Assembly (NCBI RefSeq): GCF_006345805.1 | Contig: NC_043010.1 | Location: forward strand, 29,946,001-30,010,000 | Length of the DNA: 64,000 nt | Direction: 5' to 3' | Source of the DNA: Octopus sinensis | Taxonomy: Eukaryota | Shown here: positions 1-11,449 of the stretch, one piece after another | Position numbering within the stretch: position 1 is the stretch's first letter | Layout: every line of letters begins with the position of its first letter | Position numbers and translations under genes: made by a program | Notes under the pieces: generated by a model | What the model was told of the DNA's origin: nothing | The model's database searches: none | The model's input: only the letters and a program-made list of their open reading frames with translations

Positions 1-1893
1 TGTAGGCCCCTACCCCTACCTGGAATTCTTCATTGTACCCTCACCTTACTGACAGCATCCCTCTACATGGCTTGTGCAGCTCTCACTAACCACTCATCTA
101 TCCCTAGTTTCCACATTGACCACCAAATCAGGGATTGGGGGACCCTGCTGAAGGCTTTCTCCATTTCAACGAAAGCCAGATGCAGCGGTTTATCTTTGGT
201 TAGGTATTTCTTCTACAGTTGTTTTACCAGAAATATAGCATCAGTGATGCTTTTCCCTGGCACAAACCTGAATTGCATCTCATCTAGACTGACTCTCCCC
301 CAAATTAATTGGGCTATGACCATCTCTGTGACTTACATTACCTGATCCAACAACTTGATACCTCTATAATTATTTGTATCTAAAGCATCACCTTTACCTT
401 TGCAGCAGTTGACTATGGTGCTGCTACACCACTCATTGGGTATGACTCCTTCATGCATCATCTGATTGACTATACAGGTGACTAGACTATAGCTGACACT
501 GTCAGATATTTTAAGTATTTCTGTGATGATTCCTAATGAGCCAGGGGCTTTCCCTGTCTTCATACTCTTAATTGCTTTATCTCCATCAATTCAGATAGCT
601 GGCCCCTCTGTTAGGTCAACATTCGGCAGACTCTCTTTCTCCCATTCATTTTCTTTATTGAGCTACCTTTCATAGTGGCATCTCCATGTCTCTCTCCTTG
701 CAGCCTCATTAAATGCAAGTGAGCCATCATCCATGTGGACACATTTCTCTCCTGATATCACGATTCTCTCTCACACACTGTCTTGCAACACAAAACACTT
801 CAAGTCTTTGGTCCTCATGATGCAGATCATTGGCAAATTTTTTCTTATCTCCTTCCCTTCTGGCTTCATAAACCTATCTCCAAGCTTCTCTTCTGGCAAT
901 CTGATACAATTCCCTGCTACCACCATTCTTCCAGTCCTTCCATGCATGTTTCTTTCCCCTAATGGCCCTGTCAACTAACTTGTTCCAACACCACATTATC
1001 TTAGGCCGAGAGGGGACTTTGCATCATCCACAGATCTAGTCAGTAGCCCTCAACAGGTTGTCCCATAGAAACCACCTGTTGTCTTCCACATCATGTGATG
1101 CTATATCCCCCTCTAATTTGTCAAAAGCTTCGAGTAATACATCTCTAAATTTCTGTCCACTCACAGGATCCTTAAGCTTCCAGACCCTTCTTCTACATGC
1201 TGGCCATCTTCTGGGCATCCATTTAGCCCTGATCCTGAAGTCGCTAACTACTTATCTATGTTGTGGGGTGAATTCTACACCTGGGAAAGTTTTGGCATTT
1301 ATACGTAGCCATCTTTCCCATTTCCTGGCAAGGATGTAATCAATTTGACTAGTGTGTCCATGAGATTGGTAGGGAAATAGGTGACTGGCAGTTTTCCTGA
1401 AGTTAGCATTACAAACCATAAGATCATTTGCATTGCAGAACTCCAGCAGCCTGGTTCCCTCCTCATTGCGGGAACCAAAACCATAGCCTCCATGGAAGCC
1501 CCCTGCATGTTGTCCAACAAGCCCACTGAAGACGCCAGCTACAAAGAGAACGTTCGTGTCATTCATCGATGAGGTAGTCTGCAAGAGGGTGTCATAAAAT
1601 TGGTCTTTCTGTTCATCAGGTTGCCCCAGCTGAGGGGCATAGGCTGAGATAATGGTTGCTAAACCATGTTGCAGCACTAATCTAATTTTAAGTATTCTAT
1701 CACAGATTCTGACTACCTCAATTACCTTATCAACCCATTTCTCTGCAAGAAGCATACCCACACCCAACACCCCATCAGTGTTCCCTGTCCAGAAAATCTT
1801 ATACCTATGTTCTTTACCTGTGAGGAACCTAGCAGAACATCCTCTCTACCTTACTTCTTGGATGCAGCACAAAGCTACACGTCTCCATTCAAG
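1..1893 (-). mobile_element. Decayed RTE-clade LINE (APE endonuclease to RT N-half), runs off the left edge of the window
   Basis: ORF 1252-1770 (VIEVVRICDRILKIRLV..IISAYAPQ..SQIDYIL) is APE-like; ORF 333-563 (MKTGKAPG..KGKGDALDTNNYRGIKLL) is RT start; 1-330 matches the RT of the copy at 38870-40787. Multiple frameshifts and stops. Confidence 0.93.
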
Positions 1894-1894
1894 C

Positions 1895-1935
1895 ATATGT
1901 ATATATATATCTATGTATGTATACATATGTATGTG

Positions 1936-1967
<32 letters not shown>

Positions 1968-2130
1968 AAGAGGTGAAGACTGAAATCCTTATACTTCATT
2001 TACTGTATGTGTGTATTTATGTATATATATATTTATGTATGTATGTGTGTATATATATATATGTGTGTATGTATATATATATATATGTGTGTGTATGTGT
2101 ATATATATATATATATACACATATGTATGT
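1895..2130. repeat. (TA)n/(TG)n compound microsatellite
   Basis: Directly visible. Similar tracts at 25200-25265, 29560-29605, 30780-31170, 32690-32815, 35025-35303 and 38470-38830. Confidence 0.97.
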
Positions 2131-2242
2131 TTAGGTATACTAGCTGGACCAGTGTAAAATTCAGAGAAATTATAAAAAATGTAAGCATCTGCAAATTATG
2201 TGCTGTTGCCATGAGAGATGTTTCTATATTGTGACAGTTAAA

Positions 2243-2428
2243 GGTGGCGAGCTGGCAGAAACATTAGCACACCGGGGGAAATGCTTAACTGTATTTCGTC
2301 TATCTTTACGTTCTGAGTTCAAATTCTGCTGAGGTCAACTTTGTCTTTCATCCTTTTGGGGTTGATAAATTAATACCAGTTACATACTGGGGTTGATCTA
2401 ATTGACTGTCCTTCTCTGCACAAAAATT
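2243..2428 (+). mobile_element. tRNA-derived SINE, family A
   Basis: GGTGGCGAGCTGGCAGAA (A box)..GAGTTCAAATTC (B box)..TTTCATCCTTTTGGGGTTGATAAA..TACCAG. Recurs at about 4183, 9095, 14345, 17130, 40880, 43015 (+) and 16685, 28795-29325, 37375, 48965, 61575 (-). Confidence 0.88.
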
Positions 2429-2597
2429 TCAACAGTGACAGAATATAGAAAGAAGAGTAAAACCTATAACTATATAATTCAACCAAAGTATCTCAGTTAT
2501 GCAAATGTAAACAGAATTACTATTTAGCCTTAAAATACATCGCACATATTCAGAGAACCCCCTTGGTTTAGAGGTACGGAACGTTTTTCTCATGTTC

Positions 2598-2812
2598 TTT
2601 ATTCTTTTACTTGTTTCAGTCATTTGACGATGGCCATGCAGGAGCACCACCCTTTGGTTGAAGAAACTGACCCCTGGACATATTCCCTGTAAGCCTGATG
2701 CTTATTCTATCAGTCTCTTCGGCTGAACAGCTGTTACAGGGATGCAAACACACCAACACAACATCGGTTGTCAAGCAATGGTGGTGGGGGTACACAGATA
2801 CTTTCATATGTG
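2598..2812 (-). mobile_element. SINE family B, 3' half
   Basis: Reverse complement of 20090-20250 (CTTTTACTTGTTTCAGTCATTTGAC..GGTTGTCAAGC). Confidence 0.85.
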
Positions 2813-3624
2813 TGTGTGTGTGTCTTTTAGTTTTTGTTTACTTATACACATTAACAAATAATCCAATTGAACAACTGTGTGGCTATTCAATTTGCTAGAA
2901 ATAACAACCAAATCTCTCTCATACTATGCTCTTTTTAGTATTAAGGAAAGGGAAAAAAATAGAGTATTTTTAATTTTGTTCAGCTCTATGAATTTAATTT
3001 TTTGTAATGCTTTCATCCATTATTTGATACAAGAAAAAAGAAACTTGAAAAATTCTGATCAAAACAGAGAAATTGTAACATAACAAAAATATAGAAAAAG
3101 AAAGAAAAGGTTGTATTTGAAAGCCAAAAGATGTTCTTTAGCTGGGGTGTAATTTTATAATTAAAACAAATTCAAAATTTAAATTTCAGAACATAAGACT
3201 TAACATGTTATCTGGTGTATGGCCGAATTCAAATGGGTAGAAGACCTAAAACAAATGTGTGTGTGGTTGGGCCTTTAATAGCCAAAAGTCAATTTCAGTT
3301 CAATCATAGAAAGGAATTCAATCACTCCTGTTCATTCTCTCTTTCTTTCTCACTTCCTCTCTCCCTTGTTCGACACGCATCAAATTTAAGTATCGTAATT
3401 TTTCCATTAAGATCGTTGCTGCTTCAGTGGACCAGTAGGCATGGGTGTTGAGAAGTAGGTGGTGGTTTTAAATCTTTTCCAGAAATTACAAGAGATCTAA
3501 TTAAAAATTTTTATTTAAGCAACAAAATTTCTTTCTCTTAAGTGTGACACAGGTGTCAGGTACGTACAAAAAGCAAACTGGTGTATTAATATTATTGATA
3601 TATGTTTATGTACGTATGTGTATA

Positions 3625-4160
3625 GAAAGAAGACTGTCGTATATTTGTGTGTGTATGTGTCTGTTTGTACTCTCACCCTTGCTTATCAACTGATTTTGCT
3701 GTGTTTACATCCCCATAACTAAGCAGTTTAGCAAAAGAAACTGATAGAATGAGTACTAGGCTTACAAAGAAGAAATCCTGTGGTCAATTTTTTCAACTAA
3801 AGATGGTGCTCCAGCATGGCTGCGATCACATGACTGAAACAAGTAAAACAATAAAAAAACTACATCATTTTAATCCTGAGCAAGGCCAGGTATCTCAGCT
3901 AGTAATATATATATACATATATTAATGATGTATATGCTATTAATATATATGTGTATGCATGTGTGTGTGTATGTTTGTATCTGTATTTGTCTTCTCACTA
4001 TTGCTTGACAACCGATGTTGGTGTGTTTACATCCCCATAACTTAGCAGTTTGGCAAAAGAGACCGATAGAATAAGTACTAGGTTTATAAAGAATAAGTCC
4101 TGGGGTCGATTTGTTTGACTAAAGGCAGTGCATGGCTGCAGTCAAACAAATAAAAGAAAA
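3625..4160 (+). mobile_element. Two tandem SINE B 3' fragments (about 3625-3858 and 3965-4160)
   Basis: Both carry GTGTTTACATCCCCATAACT(T)AGCAGTT..GCAAAAGA..GATAGAAT..AGTACTAGG. Confidence 0.85.
3875..3902 (+). mobile_element. Helitron 3'-end remnant
   Basis: CCTGAGCAAGGCCAGGTATCTCAGCTAG|T is a CpG-decayed version of the hairpin+CTAG|T ends at 55840, 56373 and 58503. Confidence 0.6.
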
Positions 4161-4182
4161 GAATATATATATTTATAAGGAA

Positions 4183-4380
4183 GGGGTGAGCTGGCAGAAT
4201 TGTTGGCATACTGGGCAAAATGTTTAGCAGCATTTCAGCCATCTTTCAAATTCTGTTGAGGTCGACTTTCTCTTTCAAGCTTTTGGGGTTGATAAAATAA
4301 GTACCACTTGTGCACTGGAGTCAATATAATTGATTACCTCTCCCCTTAATTTACTGACCTTATGCCAAAATTTGAAACTG
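4183..4380 (+). mobile_element. SINE family A (CpG-decayed)
   Basis: Aligns to 43015-43200 mostly by CG>TG/CA changes. Confidence 0.85.
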
Positions 4381-4576
4381 ATGTGTATAACTAAGAGCCA
4401 GTTCTCCTCTGAGTCCTGTATGCCTTAGCTTTAGGACCATCTGCTGTTATTTGACAGGTACTGCTATCCCAAGCCAGGATGAACTTTGGAGTAGAGATAA
4501 CTAAATGGTAACTCTACCCCAACCCACCCAAATTCATGGATTCTTAAAGTACAGTATCACCATCAAATGCAGTTTG

Positions 4577-5461
4577 ACCATTTAGCATCCAGATTATTGT
4601 TAAATGTAATGCTTACCTTTTCACTTTGTTTTGATGTGATCATGCATTATCTTGTAGCGTCAAGATTAATATGCGAGTGCTTATTTTTAGATTGACATTG
4701 TAGGGTAGGTGTGAGAGGCCTGATCTGGATGGTTTGAACATAAAACAAGCAGGCTATATTGAACTGGTATGGCCAGTTTAACCCTTAAGCATTTAAACTG
4801 GCCATATCTGGTCCAAATATTCTACTTATTTTATGTTCAAACTGGCCACATCTGGCCTCTCACACCTATCTTACAACGTTATTCTAAATATAAACAATCA
4901 CATCATCAAAATCTTGAAGTTAGGATATAATGCATGATTAATTCAAACCAGTGTGAATAAATAAGCATTATAAGAATAAGAATAATCTGAATGCTAAAGG
5001 ATTAACGTCTTGATCAAGATAACCTCAAATCACATCTTACAATAAATCCTAGGTACACTGGATCTGATGGGTAAACAAAATGATCAAACTGGAATGTCTT
5101 TTAATTGTAGGTTTGTTCAAGTAGGGTTGACAGGGGGGTTAAACAACAACAAAAGATGAAAACATTTACAATAACAAAAACACATGAAATAAACTATGGA
5201 TGTATGCAATGGAAACTAAATTGGCAGAGAAGTTTGATTATTTTAACCCTTTAGCATTCAAACCGGCCAAAATATTCTACCTGTTTTATGCTCAAAATGG
5301 AGATACCTGGCCTCTCTTACCAACACTACATTATGATTCTAAAAATTAACTGTTACCTCATGCAAACTCCCAGAGTTACAAAATAATGCATGATTAATTC
5401 AAAACAATGTAGATAAATAAGAATTGCTTTTGCCAAAATAATGTGAATGCTAAAGGGTTAA
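4577..5461. mobile_element. Cluster of three ~220-bp piggyBac-type MITEs (4577-4781 reverse, 4778-5005, 5243-5461)
   Basis: TTAA|CCCTTTAGCATT...AATGCTAAAGGG|TTAA termini are intact at 5243/5461; internal sequence is shared with 20543-20737. Confidence 0.8.
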
Positions 5462-5574
5462 AGATATCCTGAATTATATCTGTAATTATAGAAAATTAAA
5501 CTACATGTTTGGTAAAGAACAGAACTTCATTGCTATCAGTTTTCTGTGGATTTTGAATGTATAAAATAAATATA

Positions 5575-5955
5575 GATGCAGGAGTGGTTGTGTGGTAAGT
5601 AGCTTGCTAACCAACCACATGGTTCCGGGTTCAGTCCCACTGCGTGGCATCTTGGGCAAGTGTCTTCTGCTATAGCCCCGGGCCGACCAATGCCTTGTGA
5701 GTGGATTTAGTAGACGGAAACTGAAAGAAGCCTGTCGTATATATGTATATATATGTATGTATGTGTTTGTCCCCCTAGCATTGCTTGACAACCGATGCTG
5801 GTGTATTTACGTCCCTGTCACTTAGTGGTTCGGCAAAAGAGACCGATAGAATAAGTACTGGGCTTACAAAGAATAAGTCCCGGGGTCGATTTGCTCGACT
5901 AAAGGTGGTGCTCCAGCTAGGCCGCAGTCAAATGACTAAAACAAGTAAAAAAGAG
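5575..5955 (+). mobile_element. Full-length SINE family B
   Basis: tRNA-like head (GGAGTGGTTGTGTGGTAAG..GGGTTCAGTCCC), CORE-like CTTGGGCAAGTGTCTT, internal TA/TG run, tail ..ACAAGTAAAAAAGAG. Confidence 0.9.
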
Positions 5956-6355
5956 TATGGGAATATTTCCCAGTGTTGCCAGTTGCATAAAGAACGTATA
6001 GTTAAGTGGGGAACAGAATCAAGGTAGTATGCCAAACAATGTTCGCTCAATTAAAATTTTACCTATAATAGTAACAAAGGTAGAATAATCATCGGCATTA
6101 ATGATAATTCTTGTCAAGAAAATAAGGGAAATAATTCTAAAATCCTAAGATTTTTGTTCATTGAAGACATTTAATAATACTTAAAAATATCCATAGTTGT
6201 TACCATATTTACCAAAGATAATACTCACTCCCCATAGTATGTTCAAATTTTAATAAATTCAGATTTCAGAGTTATCTCTCTTTTTCATCATAATAATTAT
6301 CATTAATACTAAGGCTGATTTTCTTCATTACAGATATAATTTTAATTCACTAATA

Positions 6356-6368
6356 TTTATTTTTTATT
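6356..6368 (-). terminator. Candidate AATAAA polyadenylation signals of ZNF-A
   Basis: Two TTTATT on + (6356-6361, 6363-6368), about 245 nt past the stop in an AT-rich 3'UTR. Confidence 0.4.
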
Positions 6369-6607
6369 TTGGTTCCAACAATAAGTATGTCAGCTCTCAA
6401 TTAATTACTTATTTCCACTGATTACATCCATAGTAAAGTTTTACAAACAGAATTGAAATAGTTGTGAATAAATGATTTTTTAATTAATACTGAAATCTAT
6501 ATTGATGAATAGCCAATAAAATGATACACTTAATAGTAATTAAGATGACACATTCAGGTCCTAAATTCCTAAAAACTGAGAATAACAATCATGAGAAACG
6601 AAGGAAT

Positions 6608-7657
6608 TTATAGTTGATTAACACCACCAGATTCTGGTAGGTTGTACTGGAAAACTTGATCCTTGTTTGATGATGGATTCACTTCAGCCAAGTTTGGCAT
6701 CATATGTGCTTTCTCATGACACTGTAGGATTGATTTTTGAGGGAAGACTTTTCCACAGACATTACATTCAAAGATTTTTTTGTTGCCATGTGTGCGTTTA
6801 TGAGTCTTGAGATTGCCTTTCTGGGAGAAATTCTTCCCACATATATCACAGGAGAATGGTTTCTCACCTGTATGAGTTCTGATGTGACTGAGTAGGTTAA
6901 TTCTTTGTGCAAACGCTTTGTCACATAAGGTGCAGACATATGGCTTGTGACATGCATGTGTGTGCTCATGGTTACGAAGGTGTGCACGCTGGCTGAATGC
7001 TTTTGAACAATGGGAACATTGAAATGGTCGCTCTCCAGAGTGTGTCCTTATATGGTTACTAAGATGATCCTTCTGGCTGAATGCTTTTGGACAGGTGGGA
7101 CATTTAAAAGGCCGTTCCCCTGTATGGGTGCGCTCGTGTACTTTGAGATGAGCTTTTTGGCTAAAAGACTTAAGACAAACTGAACATGCGTAAGGGCGGT
7201 CACCTGTGTGTGTCCGCTCATGGCTGCGCAAATGTGCTTTCTGAGCAAACACTTTCTGGCAGTAGACACAACTATGATGCTGTTGCCGGTCACTATTTCC
7301 GGAAAATGCACTGTGTTCATGATTTTGAAGGTTTGCTCGCCGACTAAAGCTTTTGCGGCAAATTTCACACTTGTAAGGTTTGCTGCTGTGACTTGCGACC
7401 TTGGCAGAAGTTTGCGACTCTGGTGCATTTAAATGTTCACGGTTATTCCGACACTGGTAGCCACCCTTGACTGAATTGTTTAAATAATGAGGGCAAGTGG
7501 GTTCATGGTGATGGTGGTGATGGTGGTGGTGGTGGTGATGGTAGCGTGAGTGATTGTTATCTTCAGGTTGTTGAAATGGCTTGTTGTTGACGTCATATCT
7601 GTACTGGTTATCCACAGAAGATGAACTTGGATAAACAGGTTGCATGTGAAACATCAT
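6608..7657 (-). CDS. C2H2 zinc-finger protein ZNF-A, 349 aa: His12 tract, 7 canonical fingers plus 1 atypical finger
   Basis: Intact ATG-to-stop ORF; CxxC-x12-HxxxH repeats with TGDRP/TGERP/SGERP/TGEKP linkers; in-frame TGA 45 nt upstream bounds the start. No KRAB, BTB or ZAD domain recognised. Confidence 0.96.
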   Translation of the reverse strand: MMFHMQPVYPSSSSVDNQYRYDVNNKPFQQPEDNNHSRYHHHHHHHHHHHHEPTCPHYLNNSVKGGYQCRNNREHLNAPESQTSAKVASHSSKPYKCEICRKSFSRRANLQNHEHSAFSGNSDRQQHHSCVYCQKVFAQKAHLRSHERTHTGDRPYACSVCLKSFSQKAHLKVHERTHTGERPFKCPTCPKAFSQKDHLSNHIRTHSGERPFQCSHCSKAFSQRAHLRNHEHTHACHKPYVCTLCDKAFAQRINLLSHIRTHTGEKPFSCDICGKNFSQKGNLKTHKRTHGNKKIFECNVCGKVFPQKSILQCHEKAHMMPNLAEVNPSSNKDQVFQYNLPESGGVNQL

Positions 7658-8199
7658 AATTATATGTATGCGAAGAGCTTTGTTTAAAACATAAGGAATA
7701 TCTCATTCCATAGCAGTCATGGTGTTGCAAGCAAAACCAATTCTTTTTAAATTTTGTCAATTCTTAAATCATCACCTTAAACACCTACTGTTAATAATTC
7801 TTGACAATTCAAATACTTGGCTCTTAGAGGAAAGTTTGGACAAGCTGTAAGGATTCTTTATGCTTGATCATTGCATGCAAGCAGTTATGATATCTAGGGA
7901 TCATTGAAAGAATTAATGACTTTTGAATAATTTATAAATATATATATATGTGCATATAAAATTTTTTACACTGATCATATTTGTCTTAAATACTGTAGAA
8001 CCCCATGTACTATATGTAGTTTATCATAAAAACCAGTATTAAAATTAGAGGTGTATATAATACAATGTACTCATTAAAATACAGGTGTATATGAATATCT
8101 TGCTCAAATAATTTACAAGTAATCACAAGGTTTTTAAGACAATTTAGGTCCCGAAAATTAAGGTATGTACAATATACACAAACTTTATACTAAGTCAAA

Positions 8200-8395
8200 T
8201 AAAGACTAGTAAATAATTTTTTCCTGCATATTTAGGTGTTACAGGATAAAAAGTCTGTTGTGTTGTGAGCTAGTTAGATCTGTTGAGTAGTCTTCATATA
8301 GTGTGTGACTTTGGCATCTCAACAAGATGTAGTCAGAAAAGCAAATAAGACTCTTCTAGTTTTCTGTTTCAGTTACCATTCCAATCTCCATACAT
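8200..8395 (-). other. Candidate non-coding 5'UTR exon of ZNF-A (acceptor defined, donor not)
   Basis: Long U-rich tract ending ..TTCTTTGTGTCTTTGCAG|ATG with exon start 8395; the left boundary is a guess. Confidence 0.35.
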
Positions 8396-8504
8396 CTGCA
8401 AAGACACAAAGAATTAATCCAACACAAGAAAGCATGAAAGGCAACAACACAAACAATATAAATTTGAAGAAGTAGTAGTAGTAGCAGTAGAAAAAGGAGA
8501 GCTC

Positions 8505-8668
8505 ATAGTCATCTCTGATTGAGCAGACCTATGACCAACAATATACCAGCCATAATCAGAAACACTATATTGTCTAATGTGCTCTTCCTTTTTACAGGTA
8601 ACAGGGAGTGATTTGAAATTTGGTTACTATTTCTAGCAGCTTGAACAACTGTGTAGATGCTCTCTCAT
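8505..8668 (+). repeat. Dispersed short repeat family C (unclassified)
   Basis: Core GATTTGGCTGCTATTTCTAGCAG preceded by GAGCAGACCTATGA. Related copies at about 10620-10805, 11755, 12295-12470, 14555-14680(-), 24770-24850(-), 37560-37620(-), 50770-50950, 58560-58810, 59160-59230, 59500-59570 and 61040-61140(-). Confidence 0.7.
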
Positions 8669-9094
8669 TCTCTATAAAACCTAGTATAGTAGCAATAGTT
8701 TAGCCCTACATCAGGCCCTTTTGAAATAGTCTTATGACTGAAGATATTTCATCCTTGACCATTAGGTCTTTTATTTTCCAAGAAGCCTCTATGTAACTGC
8801 TTGATCTGCTAGAAACAGGCACCACAAAAATAAGATGTGAGATTTATATGGAAGGTAAAATGTAACTGTGGGACATTTATTCCTTTTTTTTAAAGAGTAT
8901 TAGTGAATTGGATGAAGTAAAATAGCTAGAAAAGATGGCAATTGAAAGTAAGTCTTAGGAAGCCAGGAAGAAGGGACCATAACTACTGTATTTTGTCTGA
9001 TGTCAGTCATTTGGTGGGGTGGGATCACAGTGAATTAAATTGACCTCAGAATTTAACCAGCACTTTTCTTTTAATGACTATAGAAGAATGGTAA

Positions 9095-9737
9095 GGTGGC
9101 AAGCAGTCAGAATTGTTAGCATGTCAAACGAAAATCCTTAGAAGCATTTCTTCCTGTTGTTTATGTTCTGAGTTCAAACCCTGCCAAGGTCAACTTTGCC
9201 TTTTATCCTTTTGGGGGTCGATAAAATAAAGGACCAGTCAAGTACTGGGGTTGATGTAGTTGACTTGACCTCTCTTCTTAAAATTGCTGGCCTTCAACCC
9301 TGCAATAGATTGATAGATAAATCTAGCTCTTATCCTCTCAGTTAACTTCGTTAGCAAGAGGAAGAAATTTAATGACTTGTATGGTTAAGAAGCTTGGTTT
9401 GCAGCTGCTTGGTTTTGGGTTCAATTTCACTGTGCAGTACCTTGGGCAGATATCTTCTACTACTATAGATGCAGGCTGACCAATGCCTTGTAAGTAGATT
9501 TGGTGGACAGAAACTGTGGAAGACTGTGCAAGTGTGTTTTTGTGTTTGTCTTCCACCACTGCTTGACAACTGGTGTTGGTTTGCTTATGTCCCCGTAGCT
9601 TAGCAGTTCAGCAAAAGAGACTGTTAGACTAAGAATCAGACTTAAAAATAACTACTGGGTGGAGTCAATTTGTTTGACCAAACTCTTCGAGATAGTGCTC
9701 CAGCATGGCTGCAGTCCTATGACTGAAACAAGTAAAC
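9095..9737 (+). mobile_element. SINE A (9095-9300) followed by SINE B (9373-9737)
   Basis: Both align along their length to the better-preserved copies at 43015 and 19885. Confidence 0.85.
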
Positions 9738-11449
9738 AATAGATGATTAAGACAACCTTCTAACAGAGTGCAAAATTGATGTTAAAAATTTAAAAAGGAA
9801 AGTAGACACAACAAAAAATAAAAACATCAGTAGGTAGGTGACCAAAAATTTTTAAGCGTGAAAACAGGTGACAATACAGCAGCAAGTGTTCTAAGGTCAT
9901 ATTTTCCTTCTAACGCAGGGATTAGCTTTGCAGGGCCCCATGACAGACTTCTCTATTTTGCCCTGCGCTCTACATCCTTACCTAAATAATTCTACTTACT
10001 CGTTTCCTTCAGGTATATTTTCATTGATCTTCCCTTTCCTTCCACATGTTGAGGAAGTGAGATGTTTAAGTGCAGTCACAGCTCCTTGGTTAAGAAGTTT
10101 ATTTCACAACCATGTGGCTATGGGTTCAATCTCACTGAGTAGCACCTAGGACAATTGCCGTCCTTCAACTGTAAACTTAGATTGCCCAGTATCTTGGAGA
10201 GCTCTAGGTATCTCCACCTGGGTAGCTCTAAGGCTTGGACATAATTGAAGGAGGGACACCCTGTTTATTAAGGAAATAAGCTTCTTAGATTCACGACAGC
10301 AGTTTTTGTTACCATATTTCTGTTGAAGTAATATGGTAGCAAATTACTTTGTTACCATATTATTGCCTTTGTTTCAATTAATTTTGAAAATATTTTGAAA
10401 ATATTGAAGAATTTAATCAAATAAAACAGTCATTGTTAAGCTGGTATATGGAACATAAATTAAGATGAAATTTTGGTGGCAAGTTTTAACAGCAAGTTTG
10501 TGTTATAGAACCAAGGGCAGTTTCAGGTGTTTTGGTATCAAAAGAATTAAAGATATCAAGACCCAAATGATTAAATCAGCAGGGAAATTGTAATGGGGTG
10601 GTGATGGTGCTAGAGTTTAGCAGGTTGTTGTTCAGCACTAGGTCAATCCTGATGAAAGACCTAAGATTAAAGACATTCTAGTTTGGACCATCTTGTCTTT
10701 GTAGGGGTACCTAACACTACATTATGCAATGTGATCTTTTTTTTCTAAGACAAGATATAATGTGATTAGAGGGAGGTTTAATTGTTATTTCTAATGACTA
10801 CAGACATGTTAACCTTGTTTGAGGTTTTGATGAAGATGCCTCATTAATTTAGCAATGCTGATGAAGTCAATGAAAATTAAGCTTATTCCTAAAAACTGGA
10901 AGAGGAGGAGGATAGGATGGGTTGTGTGTGTTGTTGGAAGGGAACTGATGAAATGAGAAGTGAAATGAAGAGAATATGAAAGTAGTGTGTGTATGTGTGG
11001 AGGAGGTTCAGGCGCGGACAACATTTGTAGTAAATGAAGAAAGAGGAATGGGAGGAGGAAGAGCAGATTTTCAATAATCAATTCAAAATTACACTACAAC
11101 AAAATATTTAAAATTAGAATATTTAGAATGCATTCTTCCTTTTAGAACTTAATACCCTAGTCAATGGAGAGACACTATAAAAGACCGGAGGTAGTTAAGT
11201 AGATAGAATAGTGGGGTTGGACAGTACCAATGAGGATAACACTAATTGATTAGAGATATGGCGGAATATAGTGAGAGAGAGAGAGAGAGAGAGAGAACTA
11301 CAGGAAAAGGGTATTTATAACAAGGAAGTTGGAAGGATACAGGGGAAAGTGTAAGAGAAATGAGGAAAAGGAGAATTTTTTAAACTTGTTCAACCCAACC
11401 ATGGAACAAAAGTGTAGTGGTAGAGTATTAAATGAGATAAATTGGGTGT

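Noticed and set aside
5575-5650. Functional tRNA genes at SINE heads
   Set aside because: A/B boxes are present but there is no complete cloverleaf, and the sequence continues into the SINE body.
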